From: Dehalococcoidia bacterium | GTDB taxonomy: Bacteria > Chloroflexota > Dehalococcoidia > Plut-88900 | Direction: 5' to 3' | Assembly: GCA_965197645.1 (NCBI GenBank) | Contig: OZ240219.1 | Span: 2,560,001-2,624,000, forward strand | Length of the DNA: 64,000 bases | Part shown: one piece after another, positions 9,129 through 19,196 of the stretch | How the letters are laid out: each line of letters starts with the position of its first letter | Position numbering within the stretch: position 1 is the first letter of the stretch | Notes under the pieces: generated by a model | Database searches by the model: none | Told to the model about the DNA's origin: nothing | Seen by the model: the letters and a program-made list of their open reading frames with translations, nothing else | Position numbers and translations under genes: made by a program

Positions 9129-11336
9129 CTAAGAGGTGGGCTCCGTAGACGGTAGTTCTCCCAGGGCTGCTGCCGTTGCCGGTTCCTCTTCCAGGGCTAC
9201 TGTGGGCCGTGTCAAGGGCAACTCAACGGTCATCTCCGTGAACTGGCCCGGTTCAGATTCTACGTGAATGGTGCCGCCGTGTTTCCGCACGATGTCGTTA
9301 GACATGGCAAGGCCGAGGCCGGTACCCTCGTTGGCAGGCTTGGTAGTGAAAAACGGGTTGAAGATCTTCTCTATGACCTCCTGAGGCATCCCGCTCCCGT
9401 TGTCCCGAATGCGGATTTCCGCGTGCTCATCTCCTCGGCGAGTGATGAGCAGCAGCGTGGGCATATAGGGGTCGCCGCCCGCTTCGGCGATAGAGCGCCG
9501 TTTTTCGTCCGTGGCGTAACAGGCGTTGCTCACCAGGTTCAGAAACACTCTTCCCAGCTCCTGCGGAATCACCTCCAACTGGCCCATATCCGGATCGAAG
9601 TCCTGCTTCAGGTCCAGCTGGAAGTCCGGGTCCGTAGCCCGGGCGCTGTGATAGGCCAAGCGGGCGTGCTCATCCACCAGGTTGTTGATGTTGGTAGCTT
9701 GTACCTCTCCGGAGTCTCTACCCATCAGAAGCATGTCGTGGACGATGCGGTTGGCTCGTTCTCCGTGGGACCGTATGCGTGTCAGATTCTCTCTCAGGTC
9801 TCCGACGATATCCTCAGTCACTCCCTTCTGCTCATCGGGTAGGGTTACCCCTTCTTCCTCCAGGACCTCCTGCAGCTCCGCAACAAGCTCTTCCGAGACC
9901 TCGGAGAAGTTGTTGACGAAGTTCAACGGGTTCCGGATCTCGTGGGCCACCCCCGCAGTCAACTCTCCCAAAGCTGCCAGCTTTTCGCTCATCACAACCT
10001 GGTCCTGAGCCAAGCGCAGGTCCTCCAGAACAACCTCCAACTGCTCGTTCTTTCCTTTCAGCTCCTCGGCCAGCTTTTCCACCAGGTTCAGACGCTGGAC
10101 CTCCAGGGCGTGACGGCGGAAGACCTCCAGGGCGGCGGCCATTTCGGCCACCTCGTCCCGACCCTCGATCTCGACCCTGGCCTCCAGGTCGCCCCCGGCC
10201 ATGCGCCGCATCCAGTCCGATAGAAGCTTCAGGCGGCGCACCAGTATCCGGCCAACGAAAAGCCAGGCGATGAGCAAAGCGCCGGCAATGCTTACACCGC
10301 CGATGGCTAGAAGGAGGATCCGGCCCGTGAGTATCGCGTCGCTGGAAGCTTGGGTCGCCGATTGAGCGCTGGCGCTAGCGGCATTCACTAAGCCGTTCAC
10401 CTCCTCCACGAGGTCGATAGCGATGTCACGATTGCTCACTACTAGTTTCTGCTGTTGCTCCGCCAGCGTCAGTTTCCGCGCCAGCAGGTCAAAGCCGCTT
10501 TCCCCTCCAATGCCCATATTGACCAGCCTGGTGAAGATGGGAGCTACCTGCTCAAGCAAAGGTGATTCTCCAAGGGCAGAGAGGCTCCGCTCCATGCGTC
10601 TCGTGGCAGCCTCAAACCGTTCCCGCAATGGCTCGATCTGCGATGCCTGAGAAAGGGTGAAGGCGTTGGCCAAGAGCTCCATTGCAATGTTGCCGTCCAC
10701 CTGCAGCTGGGCCAAATGACGGTAATGACCGAACTCTTCCTCGGAGAAATGCTCGGAGCGAGGCGCAGCAGGTTCTGCCAGATTGCGATATCCCGTCATT
10801 ACGTAGAAGAGTTGGTCGTCAATAGCCGGAACGACGATGCCGTCCAGCTCCGTGCGTAATGTTGCCAGGTCCGCTGCCAGGGCTTCTCTGCCCTCGTTCA
10901 GTGCAAACGAGGCACGGGTCCCCTCCTTGATGGCATCTATATTGAAGATCAGCGTGTCGGCGTGAGAGCGGATCCTGCTAAAGCTCTCACCCCCGACGTT
11001 GCCCTCCTCCAAGAGAGCCAGCTGGCCCTCGAAGGCCGTGTATGCCTCATCAATGCTGAGGGCCACCTCATCGAACTCTTCCGTCGTGGTCACAACCGTT
11101 AGGCCAGGGGCTGCGTCGGCGAGGATTTGGCTGTATTGGGCAACCTGGAAGGAGGCCGCAATCTCCGGGATGCTGCCCTCGTTGACCCGGCTCTGCACGT
11201 CTCCTACTCGATTGAAAGATAGCCACGCCACGAGGCTGGCGCAAATCGTAAGGGCCACCGCACCCCAGATAGCCAGGTGAAGTTGAGTGGAGATACGAGA
11301 GCTGCTTCTCAGCAGCTGTTTCAAGCGCTCTATCAC
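9129..11336 (-). CDS. Sensor histidine kinase with large extracytoplasmic helical (TorS-like) domain and HAMP
   Basis: Two TM helices, HAMP (GRDEVAEMA), H-box AHEIRNPLNF, N-box NLVSNA, DNGSG, FFTTK..GTGLGL. Confidence 0.92.
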   Translation of the reverse strand: MIERLKQLLRSSSRISTQLHLAIWGAVALTICASLVAWLSFNRVGDVQSRVNEGSIPEIAASFQVAQYSQILADAAPGLTVVTTTEEFDEVALSIDEAYTAFEGQLALLEEGNVGGESFSRIRSHADTLIFNIDAIKEGTRASFALNEGREALAADLATLRTELDGIVVPAIDDQLFYVMTGYRNLAEPAAPRSEHFSEEEFGHYRHLAQLQVDGNIAMELLANAFTLSQASQIEPLRERFEAATRRMERSLSALGESPLLEQVAPIFTRLVNMGIGGESGFDLLARKLTLAEQQQKLVVSNRDIAIDLVEEVNGLVNAASASAQSATQASSDAILTGRILLLAIGGVSIAGALLIAWLFVGRILVRRLKLLSDWMRRMAGGDLEARVEIEGRDEVAEMAAALEVFRRHALEVQRLNLVEKLAEELKGKNEQLEVVLEDLRLAQDQVVMSEKLAALGELTAGVAHEIRNPLNFVNNFSEVSEELVAELQEVLEEEGVTLPDEQKGVTEDIVGDLRENLTRIRSHGERANRIVHDMLLMGRDSGEVQATNINNLVDEHARLAYHSARATDPDFQLDLKQDFDPDMGQLEVIPQELGRVFLNLVSNACYATDEKRRSIAEAGGDPYMPTLLLITRRGDEHAEIRIRDNGSGMPQEVIEKIFNPFFTTKPANEGTGLGLAMSNDIVRKHGGTIHVESEPGQFTEMTVELPLTRPTVALEEEPATAAALGELPSTEPTS

Positions 11337-12628
11337 CGCGCAGTGTCCTGCAAGCTATCGATGGAGTGGTAACGTCCGTCGGAACCGATTACGGTCAGAA
11401 ACACTTTATCCGATCCCTGGTTGTCATCTTTCCCGTAGCGGAGCTGGAACCCGTCCAGGTCGGCGATACTCGTGCTGCTCAGACTGTCCAGGAAACAGGC
11501 GCGGTCCACATCTCGCCCGCAAATCTCCAGACCGGCGATGGCCAGACGGCCCGCCAGATAGCCTTCCAGGGAGACGAAACCGGGCACGGCGGTGTGATCG
11601 AAGGACTCCAGAGCTTCGAGGTAGGAGGCGACGATGGGTATGGAATCATCCCATGGGAAAGGCACTACCTGAGTGACGAACACCCCCGCGCCATCGGGCC
11701 CAAGCTCTAAGGCCAATGCGTTGCTGCCTACGAAGGAGATGGTCATGAATACCAAGTCCAACCCCGTGTACCTTGCCCATTCGATCAGCTCCGCGACCGG
11801 CTGGTAGGCCCCGATGATGATCACCGCCTCGGGCGCACCCTCGCCCAGGTCCAGAATGGCCGTCTTCACCGCCCGGGTGTTTCGAGTGTACAGTCCAATG
11901 GCGGCCGGTTCCATTTCCCGGCGCTCCAGGGCACCGATCACACCGCGGTAACCGGCTCGGCCATACGAATCGTCCTGGTACACTATGGCAATCCGCTCGA
12001 TTCCCAGGTCCTCCGTCAACCGGGCCACCATCTCCTCCGTCTCCTGGTAGTAAGAGGCCCTGAGGTTGACCACTGTTTCCCACTTGGCGTCTCGCAGAAA
12101 GGCCGCACCGGTGAAGGGCGCAATATAGGGGACTCCCATAGACTCGGCAACCGGCACCGCAGAGCGTGACGTGGGTGTGCCAACGGCTCCAATGAGCCCG
12201 AAAATCGACTCTTGCTCGATCAGCTCAAGGGTGTTGGAGATGGCAGCCTCCGGTTCGTAGGCGTCGTCCAATGACACCAACTCCAGGCGCCGTCCGTGGA
12301 CACCGCCCGCCTGGTTCACCTCGTGGAAGGCCGCCCGGATACCCCGCCCCATGTTGCTTCCAAGCTCTTCAGCTGGGCCTGTGAAGGCCGCGGACTGACC
12401 AAAGAGGACGCGTTCATCGAAGATGCCGGTTTCCATGGCAAGCAGGTCGTTGACCTCGGGAGTGGGCGTTCTCTCTACGGCGCCGTCAATCTTCACGTCG
12501 TTCTGGTCGATATCGGTGCCGCCGAGTAAGAACCAGACTACCAGGCTGAGAACCACGGTGAGGGTCACCCCTCCCCCGATGCCCAGCACGAAGAGTAAGT
12601 CTGTCGGTACCCGAGGAATGCCTCTCAC
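11333..12628 (-). CDS. Membrane-anchored type I (LIV-like) substrate-binding protein
   Basis: N-terminal TM; GQSAAFTGPA, GGVHGRRLELVSLDDAYEP, VGTPT, NLRASY, YQDDSYG. Confidence 0.88.
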   Translation of the reverse strand: MRGIPRVPTDLLFVLGIGGGVTLTVVLSLVVWFLLGGTDIDQNDVKIDGAVERTPTPEVNDLLAMETGIFDERVLFGQSAAFTGPAEELGSNMGRGIRAAFHEVNQAGGVHGRRLELVSLDDAYEPEAAISNTLELIEQESIFGLIGAVGTPTSRSAVPVAESMGVPYIAPFTGAAFLRDAKWETVVNLRASYYQETEEMVARLTEDLGIERIAIVYQDDSYGRAGYRGVIGALERREMEPAAIGLYTRNTRAVKTAILDLGEGAPEAVIIIGAYQPVAELIEWARYTGLDLVFMTISFVGSNALALELGPDGAGVFVTQVVPFPWDDSIPIVASYLEALESFDHTAVPGFVSLEGYLAGRLAIAGLEICGRDVDRACFLDSLSSTSIADLDGFQLRYGKDDNQGSDKVFLTVIGSDGRYHSIDSLQDTAR

Positions 12629-13044
12629 TCAACCCTGCGCTTAACCAGAATCAGGTGGTTTCGGCCTCCCTCCCGTCTATAACGCATCTCGTCCATCATG
12701 GTGCGCACCAGGTGAACACCGAGTCCACCCATAGATCTTTCGTTGAGGGAGCCGATCACGTCGGGTATCGGTGCGTCGTTCAGCGGGTCGAAGGGCTTGC
12801 CATCGTCCGTGATCTCGATGGTCAGGGACTCCTCCTCCGAGGTCAGTTCGATCTCAACCTCGTGGATGCCGTCCCCGTGCCCATGGTTCACCACGTTGAG
12901 CCACAGCTCCTCTAGTGCCAGATTCACCTGGAAGGAGAGGTCGTTGGACCAGTTGTCATCTCTGCCGAGGTCTTCTACGGCAGTCGCGAGACGGTCCAGT
13001 TCGTCCAGCCTGGTTTCGACCGTTAGGTGCAGCTTAGCGCTCAA
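12625..13044 (-). CDS. RsbW-like anti-sigma factor / Ser-Thr kinase (HATPase_c_2)
   Basis: LEELWLNVVNHG, ITDDGKPFDPL, GGLGVHLVRTMMD. Confidence 0.9.
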   Translation of the reverse strand: MSAKLHLTVETRLDELDRLATAVEDLGRDDNWSNDLSFQVNLALEELWLNVVNHGHGDGIHEVEIELTSEEESLTIEITDDGKPFDPLNDAPIPDVIGSLNERSMGGLGVHLVRTMMDEMRYRREGGRNHLILVKRRVE

Positions 13045-14216
13045 GAGGAATCCTCATTGCAATGAAGAACTAGGCAGGTGATGTCATCGGATTGGGGAGT
13101 CTCGCCCGCAAAGGCGTTTACCGCTTCGAAAACTGCCTCCGTGGTCTCCTCGGGATCTTGGGGGGGATTGGTCCGAAAATACTCGCTCAAGGGGTCCAGG
13201 CCGAACTCTTCCTCTTCGCTATTCATGGCTTCGGTCACGCCGTCTGTGTAGAAAATAACCGAGTCCCCGGGGACCAGCATCACCTTGCTCTGCTTGTAGG
13301 CCAGTTCAGGCGCAATCCCCAGGGCTATCCCATCGGTTAAGGGGAGAAGCTCAGCTGTCCGATTGGCATGGACTACCAGGGGACTGTTGTGGCCCCCGTT
13401 GGCGTAGGTCAGCTCTCCGGTGGAAGGGTCGTATACTGCATACAGAAGAGTGACGAACATGCCGCCTTCGTTGTCTTCTATGAGTAAATCGTTAACTTCC
13501 CTCAAGACGTCACCAGGTCGACCAATACCGATGGCGGAACCCTTCAACAGGGTACGGCTGGACATCATAAACAGCGCCGCCGGCACGCCCTTGTCCGACA
13601 CGTCTGCCACGGCCAGGCCGACCCGCCCGTCGTTCAAGTACATAACATCGAAGAAATCGCCTCCCACGTTACGCGCCGGCTGCATCTTGCCGTACACCGC
13701 ATAGCAGGGGTGCTGGGGGAATTGGGTCGGAAGTATGGACTGCTGCATTCCCCTGGCCACGTTCAACTCGTTTTGCAGGGCCACCAGCCTGTCACGAGAT
13801 TGGAGGGCTTCCTTCCATTCGGCCATGTTGCGCAGTGTGCGATCGATAGTAACCTGCAAGTCTTCAAAATCTACGGGCTTTGTAACGAAGTCGAATGCGC
13901 CGCGGTTCATGGCCGTGCGTATGTTCTTCATATCGCCATAGGCCGAAATAATGACCGACCGGATGTTGGGGTCTACCTTAGGTATCTGCTCAAGGAGGGT
14001 GAGCCCGTCCATCTGAGGCATGTTGATGTCCGAGAGCACCATGTCGATGTCGTGGTCCTCACGTAGCTTCTCCAAAGCCTCCACGCCGTTCTGGGCGAAG
14101 ACAAACTGATAGCGGCCTGCCCGGATATCCCGACGCATACGCTGCAACATGAGGGGCTCCAGGTCTGGCTCGTCGTCGACCACCAGGATCCTATAGCCTT
14201 CTTTCACTGATGTCAT
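13041..14216 (-). CDS. Response regulator receiver fused to PP2C (SpoIIE/RsbU-like) phosphatase
   Basis: REC: ILVVDDE, SDINMPQMDG, TKP; PP2C: VGGDFFD, ADVSDKG, YTDGVTEA, DDIT. Confidence 0.93.
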   Translation of the reverse strand: MTSVKEGYRILVVDDEPDLEPLMLQRMRRDIRAGRYQFVFAQNGVEALEKLREDHDIDMVLSDINMPQMDGLTLLEQIPKVDPNIRSVIISAYGDMKNIRTAMNRGAFDFVTKPVDFEDLQVTIDRTLRNMAEWKEALQSRDRLVALQNELNVARGMQQSILPTQFPQHPCYAVYGKMQPARNVGGDFFDVMYLNDGRVGLAVADVSDKGVPAALFMMSSRTLLKGSAIGIGRPGDVLREVNDLLIEDNEGGMFVTLLYAVYDPSTGELTYANGGHNSPLVVHANRTAELLPLTDGIALGIAPELAYKQSKVMLVPGDSVIFYTDGVTEAMNSEEEEFGLDPLSEYFRTNPPQDPEETTEAVFEAVNAFAGETPQSDDITCLVLHCNEDSS

Positions 14217-14314
14217 TCCGCGTGCCTACGCCTTGCTCTTTCTAACTTTCTTACCGATTCCTTGTTCACCAAAAGGTATCCCTGACATGGATGCCTGTTA
14301 AATGTCCGGGTTGA

Positions 14315-14653
14315 TTAGTTGTTAAACGCGGCCACGGCCTCGACCTGAGAAGGGTGAATGGAAATGATCTTATCGAAACCGCTGATCTCGAAGACCTCCC
14401 GTATCGAATCGGAAAGCGAGCAGATCGCAAATTTCCTGTTCTGGCCTTGTAAGCTCTTGGCCGTCAACAGAATCACCCGCAGGCCCGCACTACTGATGTA
14501 CGATAGCTGCTCCATATCCAGGACCACGGCGCTATCATCATCCTCTATGGCGGCATCCAGGGCGGTCTGGAACTCACGGGCATTGGCGCCATCTACCCGC
14601 CCATCCGTCTTCGCGATTAAAGTATCACCCTGTCGCTCCGTCTCAACTTCCAT
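14315..14653 (-). CDS. STAS anti-anti-sigma factor (RsbV-like)
   Basis: Start MEVETE after AAGGAG; LSYISSAGLRV phospho-Ser motif, EVFEISGF. Confidence 0.92.
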   Translation of the reverse strand: MEVETERQGDTLIAKTDGRVDGANAREFQTALDAAIEDDDSAVVLDMEQLSYISSAGLRVILLTAKSLQGQNRKFAICSLSDSIREVFEISGFDKIISIHPSQVEAVAAFNN

Positions 14654-15125
14654 TGCGTGTGTCTCCTTACCTTTACGGTTACGATCTTGCTTGCCGCACA
14701 CTACCCTATATCATTTTCTAGGCAGTTTTTCCACCCAGCGAGACTGAGGTCAGTACCCCCACAAATTCATATCGGGACTCTGGAGGCCCAAACCGCAACT
14801 CTCCATCCATAGGAGTTAACCCCATTGCTAGGTACCGTTCGGGCCATTTCAGACCTTAGGGTCTGTGCCGCAAGGCGTAGCCGCCGTCAGACAGCGGCCA
14901 TTCAAGCGAACATTATACCGCCAACTCTCCAATGATAAAAGTGCCTGGAGGGCCAGCGGTTTTTCATCTTTGGTGGCACGAGGCAAACCTTACTTGATCA
15001 CATATCAACCGGCGTTCTCCAGTGGGGCGACTTGTCCTTGTATAGTCCTGTTCTTTGCTACAGAACATCCTACCTTTGAGTGTCACTTCTACGACACTAG
15101 ACAAGGCCGTGAGGGCCGATGGGCG

Positions 15126-15155
15126 TTGCGGCGATATTGCCGGGTGGGCTATAAT
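15126..15155 (+). promoter_or_regulatory. sigma70-type promoter for the GPP34 gene
   Basis: TTGCGG-N18-TATAAT. Confidence 0.45.
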
Positions 15156-15238
15156 AATCGGCCGCCCCAACGCGACGGTTGCCGGACCCGGCAGTCACGG
15201 CAACGGGGCGAGTAATTCTACTAAAAGAGGCAAACACC

Positions 15239-15886
15239 GTGCTGAGATTCGCCGAAGAGATCACTCTGCTCCTGCTCAACGATGACGGAACGATGGCTCG
15301 GGTACCCTACTGGTCGCTGAACTACGCCCTGGCCGGCGGCGTGCTGATGGACCTAGCGCTGGAGAATCGTGTCGACACCGATCTGGAGAATCTGGTCCTG
15401 ATCGACGACACGCCCGTGGGCGACAACCTGCTCGACCCAACGCTGGCCGAGATAAAACAGGGAGAACAGCGGTCCGCCCGTTTCTGGGTGGAACGCACAG
15501 CAAACCGCGCTCAATCGATCCGAGATGAAGCCCTCTCCCGACTGATAGACCATGGCATCCTGGAACGCCGAGACGACCGCTTCCTGTGGGTGTTTCGATC
15601 CCGGCGCTACCCGGCCATCGATGGTGAGCCGGAGCGGGAGGTGAAGCTGCGCATCATGGGAGTGTTGTTTAGCGACGAGATTCCTGACCCGCGCGACGTG
15701 GTGATCATCTCCCTGGCCGATGCATGCGGCATCTTCAACGGGCTGTTATCAAAACGGGAGTTGGACGGGGCGGCCGCCCGTATCGAGCAGGTGCGCAAGC
15801 TGGACCTCATTGGTCAAGCGATGACCCAAGCAATCCAGGACATCGAACTATCGGTGGCCGCCTCGATTCATCCCTACATTCACTAA
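15239..15886 (+). CDS. GPP34 (GOLPH3/Vps74-like) family protein
   Basis: GTG start after AGAGG; LRFAEEITLLLL, ALAGGVLMDLALENRV, FLWVFRSRRYP, PDPRD motifs. Confidence 0.82.
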   Translation: MLRFAEEITLLLLNDDGTMARVPYWSLNYALAGGVLMDLALENRVDTDLENLVLIDDTPVGDNLLDPTLAEIKQGEQRSARFWVERTANRAQSIRDEALSRLIDHGILERRDDRFLWVFRSRRYPAIDGEPEREVKLRIMGVLFSDEIPDPRDVVIISLADACGIFNGLLSKRELDGAAARIEQVRKLDLIGQAMTQAIQDIELSVAASIHPYIH

Positions 15887-16121
15887 TTGGCTCCGGCCAC
15901 CCGAAGACCACCCGAGATGGAGCCGTCCTCCGCGCCTCCGGTCCCGCTTCAATCGCGACACTACCGGCCCTGCCGTCCGCGTAGGTGGCTGGAGCAGTGG
16001 GCGAGGCCAATCATGACCACTCTCCCAATGTTGTCATCCGAGGTGGCTTTCGCCAGGGTTTCTGTAGGACCGCCGTCGTGATTATTCCACCCAAAGGAAA
16101 GGCACATTAGGTGATCGGTCC

Positions 16122-19016
16122 ATGCCAAAGCTGAACATGTTGCAACGCCGCACCATCTGGTGGACTCTTGGTCTCCTTCTGGCCTCCTCCATGCTCCTAC
16201 TGGTCGCCTGCTCGGACGACACTGAGGCTACACCCGTTGCTGAGATCACGCCCGCCGCGCAGGCCAACATCGTTGACCAGCTCAGAAAGAATGCCGAGGA
16301 TTTCGAGTACACCATTGGAAAGCACGGCGGCACACGGACCTTGGCAACCGTTTCCGAACCGCTCACCTTCAACCTCGCCATCTCCAACGACGCCTCATCG
16401 TCGGGAGTCTTGTCGTATCTTTTCGAGGGGCTGACAGAGACTTCGTGGCTCACCGACGAAGTAGAACCGGAGCTGGCGGAGTCCTGGGAGCGCTCGGATG
16501 ACGGACTGACCTGGACGTTCCATCTGCGCAAGGACGTCCGATGGCACGACGGAGAGCCCTTTACCGCCCACGACGTGGACTTCACCTTCAATCGGATCAT
16601 CTACAACCATGAGATTCAAGCGAGCAGCCGGGCAACGTTTCACTTCCGGTTCCTGAACGAGGAGACCGGTCAGTGGGAGGAGTCGCCGATGACCGTCACG
16701 GCGCTGGACGACTATACGGTCCAATGCGTTCTACCCGTGCCCTTCGCACCCTTCCTCCGCTCCATGGGCACGGCTATATATCCGATGCACATCCTGGAGA
16801 AGCACGTGGATGACGGCGCCTTCGCCTCCACGTGGGACATAGACACCGATCCGTCGGAGATCACTGGCACCGGCCCCTTCACCATCGAAAGCTACGTTCC
16901 CGGCGACCGGGTGGTGCTGCAGCGCAACCCGAACTACTGGCTCAAGGATGACGAGGGCAACAGCCTGCCGTATCTGGACCGGGTTGTCCACATCATCGTC
17001 CCGGACTTAGAGACCGAGCTTGCCAAGTTCCTCGCGGGCGAATCAGACTCCCACGGCGTGCTGGGCGAGGAGCTTGCAGAGCTGGAACCGCTCCAGGAGG
17101 AGGGAAACTTTACGATATACAAGCGGGGTCCCGCTTTCGGGACGACGTTCCTCGGGTTCAACATGAACCCCGGCACCGACCCGGAGACCGGTCAGCCCTA
17201 CGTGGCGCCCGAGAAGCTGGAGTGGTTCCGAAACAAGGAGTTCCGACAGGCAATCGCCCACATCATCGACAAAGATAAGATCATCGAAGACGTGCAACAC
17301 GGTGTCGGTTACCCGCAGTGGTCGTCCGTCAGCCCAGCCGCGGGTGACTTCCATAACCCCGATGTCCGAAGGTACGAGTATGACCTGGACAGAGCCAACG
17401 AGATCCTTGACAGCCTCGGCTGGATGGATACTGACGAGGACGGTATACGAGAGGACAGCCAGGGCAACGAGATAGAGTTTTCGTTGGTGACCAACTCAGG
17501 CAACAGCGTGCGTGAAAGGGTCGGCACGATGGTCAGTCAGGCTATGGAAGAGATCGGCATCGACGTGGACTATCAGCTCATCGAGTTCGGCGACCTCGTC
17601 GGCCAGCTAACCGTTTCCTACGACTGGGAGGCGATGATCATAGGCTTCACCGGCGGACCGGATCCATACAGCGGCATCGGTTTCTGGCACAGCAGCGAGA
17701 GCCTACACCTCTGGTACCCCAACCAGCCGCAGCCTGCCACGGATTGGGAAGCAGAGATCGATGAGCTGTACATCATGGGCAGCCAGGAACTGGACCGGGA
17801 CAAGCGTGTTCAGTACTACCATCGGGCCCAGGAGCTCGCTGCTGAGAACCTACCGGTGATTTACACCACCCTCTCGGAGCGACTGAGCGCGGTCCGCAAC
17901 GTCTTCGGGAACACGACACCCACTCTGTATGCGCTCTGGGACATCCGCTATCTGTACCGCACGGACCAGGTGGCATCGGGCCGGGAGCCCAACGCTTCGG
18001 TAAGCGGCGCCGTCACTTACCGGGAGCGGATATCCCTGACTCCGGACGCAACCCTCGTGGTGGAGCTGCGGGACGTATCCTATCAGGACGCCGATGCTCC
18101 CCTGATCGCTAGCCAGACCGTCTCCGACCCTGGCCAGGTACCCATCAAGTTCAAGGTCGACTACCACCGCGACGACATCGACTCCCGGAATACCTATGCC
18201 ATATCCGCTAAAATCATCGAATCAGACGACCGCCTCGCCTTCACCAACGATACGGCCTACGACGTAATCACCGGAGGTAATCCCAACAAAGTGGATATGC
18301 TCCTGGTGCTGGTACAACCTCCGCCCGACCTCATCGACGAAGGCGAGGACTGGAGGACCTGGGTAGAGACCCCGGTCCCGGTGCTCTGGGCCAACCTGAT
18401 ACCCAATGAGCGGGAGCTTTTCATACGGGTCGCCTATCTTCAGTCCACTATAGAGGGCTGTGTCCGCCGCGGGAGCGAGGGGTTGGACGTGAACGGTTAC
18501 AACATCATCGTCCGGGTGACGCTGATGCAGCCGCCGCAGACCCCCTGGGCCATTCCCTGTCATGAGCAGGTGGTGGAGCTCGACACTGTACTGCCCATCG
18601 AGACATCTCTTGAATCCGGGCAGACCTACACGGTGATAGCAAACGGTCAGGCGACCACTACTTTTGCACTGCCGAAGACCGAGCTTGGCCACACCTTCAT
18701 CGCGGAGTCTCCCATCGAGAGTGTGGAGGTAACGATATTGGGAAGCGCGCCGCCCCAGTACCAGCTGCGGCTCGCCTCGGGCTTGCCCAAGGGCAGCGGT
18801 TGCTCCCAGTTCAACGGCTACGAAATCCGGCGACCGGAATCGAACAGGATAGACGTGGCTATCACTCACCACGAAGTGTCCGACCCGTTAGTTGCCTGCA
18901 TCACCGACTATCCAATAGTGGAAACCATCGTCCCTCTGGGTTCCGATTTTGAGCCGGGTGAAGAGTACACCGTCAGCGTAAACTCGGAGAGCACTACGTC
19001 ATTCGTCGCCCAATAG
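16122..19016 (+). CDS. Family 5 ABC substrate-binding lipoprotein fused to a YbaY-like domain and two Cys-paired repeats
   Basis: Lipobox LVAC; LAESW..S.DG.TWTFHLR.DVRWHDGEPFTAHDV; after residue ~616 VSGAVTYRERISL...PGQVPIKF (YbaY/YscW-like). Confidence 0.85.
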   Translation: MPKLNMLQRRTIWWTLGLLLASSMLLLVACSDDTEATPVAEITPAAQANIVDQLRKNAEDFEYTIGKHGGTRTLATVSEPLTFNLAISNDASSSGVLSYLFEGLTETSWLTDEVEPELAESWERSDDGLTWTFHLRKDVRWHDGEPFTAHDVDFTFNRIIYNHEIQASSRATFHFRFLNEETGQWEESPMTVTALDDYTVQCVLPVPFAPFLRSMGTAIYPMHILEKHVDDGAFASTWDIDTDPSEITGTGPFTIESYVPGDRVVLQRNPNYWLKDDEGNSLPYLDRVVHIIVPDLETELAKFLAGESDSHGVLGEELAELEPLQEEGNFTIYKRGPAFGTTFLGFNMNPGTDPETGQPYVAPEKLEWFRNKEFRQAIAHIIDKDKIIEDVQHGVGYPQWSSVSPAAGDFHNPDVRRYEYDLDRANEILDSLGWMDTDEDGIREDSQGNEIEFSLVTNSGNSVRERVGTMVSQAMEEIGIDVDYQLIEFGDLVGQLTVSYDWEAMIIGFTGGPDPYSGIGFWHSSESLHLWYPNQPQPATDWEAEIDELYIMGSQELDRDKRVQYYHRAQELAAENLPVIYTTLSERLSAVRNVFGNTTPTLYALWDIRYLYRTDQVASGREPNASVSGAVTYRERISLTPDATLVVELRDVSYQDADAPLIASQTVSDPGQVPIKFKVDYHRDDIDSRNTYAISAKIIESDDRLAFTNDTAYDVITGGNPNKVDMLLVLVQPPPDLIDEGEDWRTWVETPVPVLWANLIPNERELFIRVAYLQSTIEGCVRRGSEGLDVNGYNIIVRVTLMQPPQTPWAIPCHEQVVELDTVLPIETSLESGQTYTVIANGQATTTFALPKTELGHTFIAESPIESVEVTILGSAPPQYQLRLASGLPKGSGCSQFNGYEIRRPESNRIDVAITHHEVSDPLVACITDYPIVETIVPLGSDFEPGEEYTVSVNSESTTSFVAQ

Positions 19017-19196
19017 CCCACTAGTAGGCCCCCAAGTCGCCCTCATCGCCTCTCCCCGGCTCCTCTTCCCCTATGCATCACCTCTGATACAATGTGTGGA
19101 AAGCAGAGCAGGCGAGTCCACTTTTCGACTCTCCCTTGCCCGGCCGATACAACGATCACCCACCGGTCCCAGAGACCCTGACGCTGGACAGCTAAC

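Noticed and set aside
14700-15230. Several 60-116 aa ORFs in the long divergent intergenic region
   Set aside because: Atypical composition, mutually overlapping, no RBS or motifs; more likely regulatory DNA
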